Source: Candidatus Moraniibacteriota bacterium
GTDB taxonomy: Bacteria > Patescibacteriota > Minisyncoccia > Moranbacterales > GCA-2747515
Direction of reading: 5' to 3'
Assembly: GCA_038208115.1 (NCBI GenBank)
Contig: JBBQZC010000005.1
Location: 667 to 64,666, forward strand
Length of the DNA stretch: 64,000 nucleotides
Shown: piece by piece, positions 7,529-15,466 of the stretch
How positions within the stretch are numbered: the stretch's first letter is position 1
Layout of the letters: the number at the start of each line of letters is the position of its first letter
Translations under genes and position numbers: made by a program
Notes under the pieces: generated by a model
Database searches by the model: none
Seen by the model: the letters and a program-made list of their open reading frames with translations, nothing else
What the model was told of the DNA's origin: nothing

Positions 7529-8437
7529 TTATCGTAACATCCATAAACCTTTTTTGCACGAAGTAAGACCTTCTTCCTGTAATCGCAAAAGTATTTCATG
7601 GCACCACGCTTGATCCTCTCTTTCATGCCAATCTTTTTTGACTTTTTGACCAATCTCATCCTCTGCATAATTACCTTGACGCAGGAGCTCTATGATACGC
7701 CCGCGATAGATCCTTCGTGGCACATGTTTTCCTTTTTCACTACGACCAATCTCTTTGCGCTTATGTATGACCTGGTCGTCGGGACACGGAAATGAATTAC
7801 ATATCATATTTATGGGGCAAAATGCACATCGCGGAGAACGCTTCGTACATATCAGTGATGCAAAATCCATCAATGCATTATGCCAATCTCGTGATCTTTT
7901 TTGTGGAAGTGCATCTGCAACCAATATATCCATCTGTTGCATATCAATATTATTTATCCCCAATATACGTCGAAAAATTCGTACAATATTCACATCATAC
8001 GTTGCTATATTATGATTACGTGCAAATATAAGAATTGACCGACTCGTATATGGACCAATACCCGGAAGTTCTTTCAGAGATTCTGCATTTTCTGGAAATT
8101 GCCCTTGATGATGATCAACGATTAATTGTGCCATGCGATGCACATATAATGCCCGACGATTATATCCGAGCCCTTGCCACATCAAAACGACCTCTTTCTG
8201 TTGTGCTTTCGCCAATTTTTCAATTGATGGGAAAACACGAATAAATTCACAAAATTTATCGATCACTTTTGGCACATTTGTCTGCTGTAACATAATCTCT
8301 GCTACTGCAACATGATAAATGTCATCAGTTGCACGCCAGGGCAAGTCATGTCGTCCAGCTTTTTTGTACCATGCAAAAATTTTACGATGCATGATTTTTA
8401 CATGTTCATCTCTCATTTTCATATCTATTGCGACCAT
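7529..8437 (-). CDS. HhH-GPD base-excision DNA glycosylase with 4Fe-4S cluster, MutY/Nth family (MutY-like LPWR motif, no NUDIX tail)
   Basis: DLPWRATDDIYHVAVAEIMLQQTNVPKV; Cys cluster CTKRSPRCAFCPINMIC. Confidence 0.7.
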   Translation of the reverse strand: MVAIDMKMRDEHVKIMHRKIFAWYKKAGRHDLPWRATDDIYHVAVAEIMLQQTNVPKVIDKFCEFIRVFPSIEKLAKAQQKEVVLMWQGLGYNRRALYVHRMAQLIVDHHQGQFPENAESLKELPGIGPYTSRSILIFARNHNIATYDVNIVRIFRRILGINNIDMQQMDILVADALPQKRSRDWHNALMDFASLICTKRSPRCAFCPINMICNSFPCPDDQVIHKRKEIGRSEKGKHVPRRIYRGRIIELLRQGNYAEDEIGQKVKKDWHEREDQAWCHEILLRLQEEGLTSCKKGLWMLR

Positions 8438-8913
8438 AAACCTCTTTTGTTATTGCGCGCTTCTTGCTCCGCTTGCTTAAAACTTTCTACATGCATGACA
8501 TCTGGCGGAAATGTCACAAACCGTGCATAGCCATCGATAACCATCTGTTTATTAATCCATAGATCACCAATGTATACGTGACGCAAAAGTCGTCCATAAC
8601 GATCTTTTTCTGATACATCTTTTTGCAAAGTTACATCTTTATCATCTATCAGACTCTTGAGTTGAGCTGTTGCCTCAGCATAGTATACCTTACCCCGCTC
8701 TGGCGTATCCATACCAATCATACGCACACGCTCACCAGTCTCTATATCAAATGTGTCACCATCTACTATATGTGTAACATGATGCACATCCGATGATATA
8801 TCTACAATTTTCTGTGACTGTGGCAAGTCTGTTACATCTATCACATAAAAAATTATCACAGCAATGATGATCGGGATTATTTTTTTTAGTAATTTTTTTG
8901 CTATAATTGACAT
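8425..8913 (-). CDS. Membrane-anchored thermonuclease (staphylococcal nuclease/SNase family)
   Basis: VDGDTFDIE...RVRMIGMDTPE...RYGRLLRHVY...KRGLW; N-terminal TM IIPIIIAVIIFYVI. Start trimmed to MSIIAKK. Confidence 0.8.
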   Translation of the reverse strand: MSIIAKKLLKKIIPIIIAVIIFYVIDVTDLPQSQKIVDISSDVHHVTHIVDGDTFDIETGERVRMIGMDTPERGKVYYAEATAQLKSLIDDKDVTLQKDVSEKDRYGRLLRHVYIGDLWINKQMVIDGYARFVTFPPDVMHVESFKQAEQEARNNKRGLWSQ

Positions 8914-9156
8914 TTTATTTAAATTATAATGTAATGTAATTTTGAATAAAAAGTGCATCAAAACGAAACCCTTAACCTACAGTGATTGTGAATTATTCTA
9001 ACATAATGACTACATCCCTGCAGATAAATTTCATTTCCGTTGAAATGATGTGTATACATCATAACGCAACCTTCAGATTCAGATTAACTTCAAAAAACCA
9101 TTGCGTTTTACAAAAAACCTCCGACAAGCGATTTCATCTTTAAGAATATCTCGGTT

Positions 9157-9948
9157 TTAGTTTTTAATCACAATCACATTCTTTTCCGTACTCATAATAT
9201 CCGCTTTATTTCCTGTTTTATAATCTCGAATTGCATTAAATAACGTACTATCCTTATATTTATAACCCCGCCCGAGACGTGTGCCGGGATCATTCGTTAT
9301 GAACTCTCCATTTTTTTTATCATATCCTAGCACAACAAGCATATGTCGATCTGGTCCTCCATCAGTAAAGTTTGGATTTTTAAGAAACTTTCCATTTGTT
9401 GGTGCAATAATAATAGAGTCATCTTGCGCCAAAATAGTATACAGATCATCCATTGAAACATTTTTCCTAACTTCTACTGCATGATTATAATATTTTTCAA
9501 AGATCAATGCAGTATCGGCAATCGATGTGTCCAGGACATCACCAAATTGCTCTTTTTCAAATACGAAGAGCTTCTCAATCTGCTCCTCAGCATCATTCTT
9601 TGAAATATTACTGTCATTATTTAACCATCCATGTGCCATGACCATTGATGCTTCCTCACACGCATCTTGATAGCGTGGATCGGTCCACTGGGCATGTGGT
9701 GCTTGTACCATAAACGGTACAGATTGCTTGATATTTTCATCAATCTCCACCACTACATCTTTATTTTTAAGTGGCTCGACTTCCCTTTTTTCATTTTTTT
9801 CTTGATTTGACTGTATTACTCTTGGGGATATCTGACCAGATGTACGTGATGAACCCTGTGCGAAAAATCGATCTGGAATCATATACCATGTAATAATCAC
9901 AATACCCAACACAATTACTATGGTCAATCGAATTAATACACTCCACAT
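9157..9948 (-). CDS. Membrane-anchored papain-like C39-like peptidase domain protein (Peptidase_C39_2 family)
   Basis: N-terminal TM. QDACEEASMVMA (Cys motif) and RHMLVVLGYD...NDPG (His motif) resemble the C39-like family. Confidence 0.5.
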   Translation of the reverse strand: MWSVLIRLTIVIVLGIVIITWYMIPDRFFAQGSSRTSGQISPRVIQSNQEKNEKREVEPLKNKDVVVEIDENIKQSVPFMVQAPHAQWTDPRYQDACEEASMVMAHGWLNNDSNISKNDAEEQIEKLFVFEKEQFGDVLDTSIADTALIFEKYYNHAVEVRKNVSMDDLYTILAQDDSIIIAPTNGKFLKNPNFTDGGPDRHMLVVLGYDKKNGEFITNDPGTRLGRGYKYKDSTLFNAIRDYKTGNKADIMSTEKNVIVIKN

Positions 9949-10037
9949 ATGTATAAATCACTAATTATGAAAAAAATTCATTGTTGTACTATTGTAACAC
10001 TTTTTTGAACATGATAGAATAGCACCATTGCATTAAA

Positions 10038-10622
10038 ATGAAATTTATGAAGAAAATTGTTCTCGACATTGAAACAAAAAATACCTTTCAAGAAGTGGGT
10101 TCCAACGATCCTGCAAAACTAGATATCTCCCTCCTTGTTATTTATGATTATGAACTGCAAGAATATATGACATTTATGGAAAATAACCTGAATAGCCTAT
10201 GGCCTATTCTAGAAAAAACCGATCTTATCATTGGATATAATTCCAACCACTTCGACATCCCTCTTCTTAATAAATATTATCCTGGCAATCTTACTGCCGT
10301 TGGAAGCCTTGATTTACTCACAGAAATCAAAAATGTCGTTGGAAGAAGCATCCGTCTCGACAATATTGCAGAAGCGACCTTAGGGAAAGGTAAGAGTGGA
10401 CATGGTTTGCAAGCAATCGAATGGTGGAAGGAAGGACGAATCGACAAAATCGAAAAATATTGTCGTGAAGACGTAAAAATCACAAAAGACATCTATGAAT
10501 ATGCATTAAAAAACAGGAAGTTAAAATATAAAGACCTTCTTGATACTATTGCTTTTGACATCAATACGGAGAATTGGGATAAAAAGACCAGTCAAGCAAT
10601 TAACTATACCCTACCTCTCTAG
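10038..10622 (+). CDS. RNase H-like fold DEDD-type 3'-5' exonuclease (PolB-exonuclease/YprB-like)
   Basis: VLDIETKN (Exo I), YNSNHFDIPLL (Exo II), YCREDVKITKDIY (Exo III). Confidence 0.55.
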   Translation: MKFMKKIVLDIETKNTFQEVGSNDPAKLDISLLVIYDYELQEYMTFMENNLNSLWPILEKTDLIIGYNSNHFDIPLLNKYYPGNLTAVGSLDLLTEIKNVVGRSIRLDNIAEATLGKGKSGHGLQAIEWWKEGRIDKIEKYCREDVKITKDIYEYALKNRKLKYKDLLDTIAFDINTENWDKKTSQAINYTLPL

Positions 10623-10693
10623 TCACATACCTTTTAATGTCACCCAAAAGAGATTCTTTTTAAAAATGCTCATAATAAAAATATGAGTTCTAC

Positions 10694-11701
10694 TTATAAC
10701 CCATGTGACTGCTTATTGGCAACATGCTGTTCAAATGTGGTAGAAAAAACTGTCTCGCCAGTTTCAGCATTGTTAAGAAAATACATATATTCTGTTTTTG
10801 TAGGATTAATTGCAACATCAATAGCTGCAATGGATGGATTATTAATCGGACCTATCGGCAAGCCTACATATTTATATGTATTGTATGGTGAGTCAATTTC
10901 TATATCAACTAAAGAATGCTTGATCTCTGCTACACCTTTGATGTAATCAATTGTTGCATCACTTTGCAAAGCCATCCCAATATCCAATCGATTTTGAAAT
11001 ATACCTGCCACGATACCGCGATCGCCATTAAGAGGCACTTCTCCTTCAATAATACTTGCAAAAATAATAACATCATGAAGATTTTTTCCTTTTGACACAA
11101 TTTCTTCTCTCCGCGCAGTATCAACTCTCTTCTCAAAATTACTCAACATTTTTTGAATAATCATATCTGCAGTTATATCTGGAGAAAATAGATATGTATC
11201 AGGAAATAAATACCCTTCCAATGAAGCGCCTTCTTTTAAAAATTCATATTTTTGATAGTACATATCTGACGGTTTATTTGCAATTGCCATAAATTCATCA
11301 CCTGGCAATTGATTTGCATTAAGACGATCTTTCATCTTTTCTATAGACCACCCTTCAGGAAATAAGATGCTGATATCTTTTTCTCTTTGAATTTCCGCTT
11401 GTCCAGGTGTAGTTAATTTATACACAATTTGTGCAATTGTACTCTTTGCAGCAATATTATACCTCCCTTCGTGAAACTTTCCGCGTAATTTGTTTTTCCA
11501 TGCATAATAATAAAAATATATTCTATTTGCGATCAAATTTTCGTCTTCTAGCTTCTTACCGATCAAAACAATGTCATCTCCTTGCGCAACTGAAAAAATA
11601 ACATCGGACTGGTTTGCCGAAATACTATTATACGAACGATTATGCACAAAAAAACCTACTATGCACACACAAATGATTACTCCAAAAATAATTTTTTTCA
11701 T
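10694..11701 (-). CDS. mltG: Endolytic murein transglycosylase MltG (YceG family)
   Basis: N-terminal TM; LEGYLFPDTY, ASIIEGE, LQSDATIDY, NTYKYVGLPIGPI, YMYFL motifs. Confidence 0.85.
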   Translation of the reverse strand: MKKIIFGVIICVCIVGFFVHNRSYNSISANQSDVIFSVAQGDDIVLIGKKLEDENLIANRIYFYYYAWKNKLRGKFHEGRYNIAAKSTIAQIVYKLTTPGQAEIQREKDISILFPEGWSIEKMKDRLNANQLPGDEFMAIANKPSDMYYQKYEFLKEGASLEGYLFPDTYLFSPDITADMIIQKMLSNFEKRVDTARREEIVSKGKNLHDVIIFASIIEGEVPLNGDRGIVAGIFQNRLDIGMALQSDATIDYIKGVAEIKHSLVDIEIDSPYNTYKYVGLPIGPINNPSIAAIDVAINPTKTEYMYFLNNAETGETVFSTTFEQHVANKQSHGL

Positions 11702-11709
11702 ATTTTATA

Positions 11710-12330
11710 CTAAACCGGTAAAAAGCGCATACTATCAAATCGTTCTTCCACATTTTCATCATCGCTTCCGCGATTGTTGAAATAATAGATGATATTATCA
11801 ATTGGAGCAACCATTACTCCATCCATTTTTAAGAGGCTATTAAAATTGTATAATGACCACATATCTGGATTGATCACTATAATGCGATCATATTTCTCTT
11901 GAAATAATATACTCGATGTGTCCACTACAAGCTCTAACGTAACAATATTGTCACGAGCAATGAAATTATATTTATTGATATTAGTTTCTGTTTCTTTTTT
12001 CATCTCTTCAAGTGTATCAATAGCCGTAACATGCCCCTCGGCACCAGTGATATAGCTCAATATCGCAATCACCCAACCACCCCCAAATCCAACAACTAAA
12101 ATATTATGACCTCGACCAGGACGAAGTAGCTCCAACATAAAAGAAATAACCGATGGCTCAGGCAAAATTTGACCATGCCCAATTGAAAGCGGTATATCAG
12201 ATGCTGCAGCTATGCGGAATTTATCAGGAACAAATTCTGCACGATTAATCTCAGATAATGCATCAATAATAGCATCTGTTTTCAGATATCCTCTATGAAT
12301 CAATTTATTTACAATTTCACTCATAATCAA
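11710..12330 (-). CDS. pcm: Protein-L-isoaspartate O-methyltransferase
   Basis: DIPLSIGHGQILPEPSVISFMLELL; SAM-binding VVGFGGGWVIAIL. Confidence 0.7.
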   Translation of the reverse strand: MIMSEIVNKLIHRGYLKTDAIIDALSEINRAEFVPDKFRIAAASDIPLSIGHGQILPEPSVISFMLELLRPGRGHNILVVGFGGGWVIAILSYITGAEGHVTAIDTLEEMKKETETNINKYNFIARDNIVTLELVVDTSSILFQEKYDRIIVINPDMWSLYNFNSLLKMDGVMVAPIDNIIYYFNNRGSDDENVEERFDSMRFLPV

Positions 12331-12335
12331 AAAAG

Positions 12336-12773
12336 TTATCCATGAACAACCACTATTGCATCGCGATCGCGAGCACCATCGTAATCCACCGCCATAATAC
12401 TTTGCACATCAGAAAGCATCAATTTCCCTTCTTCGAGCGGGATTGATACATGCACCCCCGTCAATAAAGCCTTGCAATGAGAATGTCCATTGCTGCGGCC
12501 ATCTGTTTTGTTATTTTTTCGCAATTCAAACATATCATGTGAATATCTCTCATCCTGTGGCGCAAGACGATACAATACTCTCATGAAGTCTTGTATAAGC
12601 ATTGACTCATTATGATTGATTACTATACCCATCGTTGTGTGTTGCACAAAAACCATTACATATCCTTCTCGAATACCACTTGTTTCAACTACTCGCTGCA
12701 CAGCATCTGTTATGTCCATAAATTCCACTTCAGAGGTGCTTTTAAAGACAATTTTCTCCTTATAAAACTTCAT
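12336..12773 (-). CDS. YjbQ/UPF0047 family protein (secondary thiamine-phosphate synthase-like)
   Basis: MDITDAV...VQHTTMGIVINHNES...HSHCKALLTGVHVSIPLEEGKLML. Confidence 0.7.
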   Translation of the reverse strand: MKFYKEKIVFKSTSEVEFMDITDAVQRVVETSGIREGYVMVFVQHTTMGIVINHNESMLIQDFMRVLYRLAPQDERYSHDMFELRKNNKTDGRSNGHSHCKALLTGVHVSIPLEEGKLMLSDVQSIMAVDYDGARDRDAIVVVHG

Positions 12774-12827
12774 ATGTTCTTTTTATGATATTAATCACTC
12801 TAAATTTTATTATATCATTTTTTTGCG

Positions 12828-13538
12828 CTATGCACCAAGCCGACGAGACCTTCGCACATATTCTTGAATCGTTTTTTCAAACTCATTTCCACCAAAATCG
12901 GGGAAAAGAAGATCTGAAAAAAATAATTGCGCGTTTGCGATGTCCCACATCATAAAACCAGCACTCAAATGTGGATCACCACCTGTTCTAATCAAGTAAT
13001 CAACCGGGGGAAGATCTCGTGTAAACAAATGATTTTTTATTGTTTCTTTTGTGATCTCTGCACCACTGTCAAATGTATCTACAATCTCTTGAATTGCAAA
13101 AAGCATTTCCTCATCACCGCTATACATTAAGAAAAAATTAATATAATAATTCTGATGATATTTTGTTTTTTCAATTCCCTCATTAAGGATTCGCACTAAC
13201 TTTTCGGGAAAATATTCTCGCCATTGTCCAATGATATTTATACGAACTTGATCAGTCATCAAACTCTTATCATTGATAAGTTTAGTAAAGTATTTTTCAT
13301 AGATTTTAATCAGTCCGCGACGCTCTTGCAATGATCTCTTCGTCATGTTTTCTCTTGATGATCCCCAAAACGACAAATACTGCACACCCATGTCGCGCCC
13401 CTTATTGCATATCGCTTCAATCATTTTTGCACCAGCCTCATGTCCTTCCCATGGTTTCTTATCGTGTAATTTTGCCCATCGACGATTGCCGTCAGGAATA
13501 ATGACAACATGTCGTGGTATTTGAATATTATTTATCAT
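12828..13538 (-). CDS. uppS: Undecaprenyl diphosphate synthase (cis-prenyltransferase)
   Basis: HVVIIPDGNRRWA, GHEAG, YLIRTGGDPHLSAGFMMWDIANAQLFFSD. Confidence 0.85.
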   Translation of the reverse strand: MINNIQIPRHVVIIPDGNRRWAKLHDKKPWEGHEAGAKMIEAICNKGRDMGVQYLSFWGSSRENMTKRSLQERRGLIKIYEKYFTKLINDKSLMTDQVRINIIGQWREYFPEKLVRILNEGIEKTKYHQNYYINFFLMYSGDEEMLFAIQEIVDTFDSGAEITKETIKNHLFTRDLPPVDYLIRTGGDPHLSAGFMMWDIANAQLFFSDLLFPDFGGNEFEKTIQEYVRRSRRLGA

Positions 13539-13539
13539 C

Positions 13540-14625
13540 TTATTTATCTCTATTACTTAGATACTCCGTCAGCGCAAAAAGAAATTCTTTTGCCTCTTGA
13601 GATAACGTCATCTCTTGAAGCGCGGATCGCGCTTCATCAATTAATTTTTGCATATATGTATCAACATCATCTTTTGCGCCAGTGTCAATCATCAATTGTT
13701 GAAAAGCCTCAACTTCATATGCACCAATTTTTTTATTACCCAACAATCGATCCAGTTCTTTTTTTTGTTTTTGTGATGCATGATCGTATGCACTTCGTAC
13801 GAGTAATGTCATTTTTCCTTCAGCAATATCTGAACCAACTGGCTTACCTGTTTTTTTCATTGATCCAAATACACCAAGCATATCATCACGAATTTGAAAT
13901 GCAATTCCGAGAGGCACTGCAAATTTACTCATCTTTACACACAGTTCATCATCTGCACCAGCAAGAATAGCACCCAATTTCAATGGACCATCAAAAGTAT
14001 ATCGTGCCGTCTTATTCTCATACATTTGCATAATTTTTTCTCTCGTTGCCTTTTTGCCATACTCCATATAAATGTCCTGTATTTCTCCTACGCATGTAAG
14101 ACCTACAATATCTTGCATTTTATTTAATGCACGAATAATTATTGCTGGCTCAAATTGTGAAGCAAATAAAACATGATTTCCCAAGGAGTATAAATAATCT
14201 CCTGAGATAATTGCAATAGACTCTCCAAAATGAACAGCATCATCACCAAGAAAAAAATGCTCGTAATGCTCCTTATACTTCGCATGCATGGTTTTTTTGC
14301 CATGACGAATATCATCACGATCAACAATATCATCATGCATTAACAAAAAGGCATGAATGAGTTCAATACTCACAGAAGCTTTAATAATCTCGCTCCGATC
14401 TTTACCACCCGCGCCAATGTATCCCCAATACATCATAATTGGACGAATTCTCTTACCTCCTGCCAAAATCGTTTTTTTAAAATACTTAATTGCAGATTTT
14501 ATAAAAACATCTTTATATGGCGTTTCTGAGATAACGCGATCCAGGTATATTGCAATTTCATAATCAACCTCTTTTTTCAGCAATGCCAGCTCTCTTTGAA
14601 TATCCATATGATTTTTTTTCATCAA
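13540..14625 (-). CDS. Trans-polyprenyl diphosphate synthase (IspA/GGPPS family)
   Basis: FARM LLMHDDIVD and SARM FQIRDDMLGVFG motifs. Confidence 0.8.
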   Translation of the reverse strand: MMKKNHMDIQRELALLKKEVDYEIAIYLDRVISETPYKDVFIKSAIKYFKKTILAGGKRIRPIMMYWGYIGAGGKDRSEIIKASVSIELIHAFLLMHDDIVDRDDIRHGKKTMHAKYKEHYEHFFLGDDAVHFGESIAIISGDYLYSLGNHVLFASQFEPAIIIRALNKMQDIVGLTCVGEIQDIYMEYGKKATREKIMQMYENKTARYTFDGPLKLGAILAGADDELCVKMSKFAVPLGIAFQIRDDMLGVFGSMKKTGKPVGSDIAEGKMTLLVRSAYDHASQKQKKELDRLLGNKKIGAYEVEAFQQLMIDTGAKDDVDTYMQKLIDEARSALQEMTLSQEAKEFLFALTEYLSNRDK

Positions 14626-14726
14626 GAATAATTGTTGTTTATTGTACTGTATTTTGACTTAAAAGCAAATAATGTTTCATTTCTTGTTTTTGCATTTTTT
14701 TTTGAAAAATACTATCCATGCTCAAT

Positions 14727-15464
14727 TCAATTGCATAAAAATGTTTTCTTGAGATATTGTAATCTCTTTTTTTCTGGCATTCTCTCAATCGCATAGCGAA
14801 GTGTTGTGCGGGGTATTTTTTTATAATGTCTTTTTATAAATTTTTCACATACTTCTGGATTTCTTTTCCACACCTCACGCAACATCCACCCAACAACTTT
14901 ATGCATGAGATCTTCATGATCTGTCAAAAAACTTTCTGCAAAATACAAAGTTAGATCAAATTCATTCCTTTTAATAAAACTCCAAGTCGAAATCATGCAT
15001 ATACGCCTTTGCCATTGTGACTGAGATTGACATAGCTGATTTAAAACTTTTTTTTCTTTCTGATTTTTAAAAATATATTCACCAACAATACGCGGTGCTG
15101 AGAGATCTACAAGATTCCAGTTATTTATATAATCAATATTTACCATATAAAAATCATAAATTTCTCTTTGATCTTTTTCTGATGATAGCGCAAATTTATT
15201 GACCAAAATTATCAGCGCGCATAGACGATCTTCATTGTACGGCGACTTTAACAATATTTGCACATCATCAAGAGCAATCATTGCAAATTTTTTTGCCACA
15301 ACTCGCACATCTGGATTTTTGATACCCAAAAATTTATCATGTGCACTATATTGTCCCTTCCCCGTCTTAAAAAACCTTTCATTAATCTTTTTTCGTTCTT
15401 TCGTAGCATATACACGCAAAGATTGAGAGATATTTTTTGCTGATGCAGAAACGCGATCTCCCAT
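14727..15464 (-). CDS. DNA alkylation repair protein (AlkD/AlkC-like HEAT-repeat glycosylase family)
   Basis: ERFFKTGKGQYSAHDKFLGIKNPDVR, WNLVDLSAP, WQRRICMISTWSFIK. Confidence 0.65.
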   Translation of the reverse strand: MGDRVSASAKNISQSLRVYATKERKKINERFFKTGKGQYSAHDKFLGIKNPDVRVVAKKFAMIALDDVQILLKSPYNEDRLCALIILVNKFALSSEKDQREIYDFYMVNIDYINNWNLVDLSAPRIVGEYIFKNQKEKKVLNQLCQSQSQWQRRICMISTWSFIKRNEFDLTLYFAESFLTDHEDLMHKVVGWMLREVWKRNPEVCEKFIKRHYKKIPRTTLRYAIERMPEKKRLQYLKKTFLCN

Positions 15465-15466
15465 AA

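Noticed and set aside
7500-7668. N-terminal 56-aa extension of the 373-aa ispH ORF
   Set aside because: The extension overlaps the upstream mutY-like gene, and the conserved IspH N-terminus begins at the internal MIEEVVVISPRGF Met.
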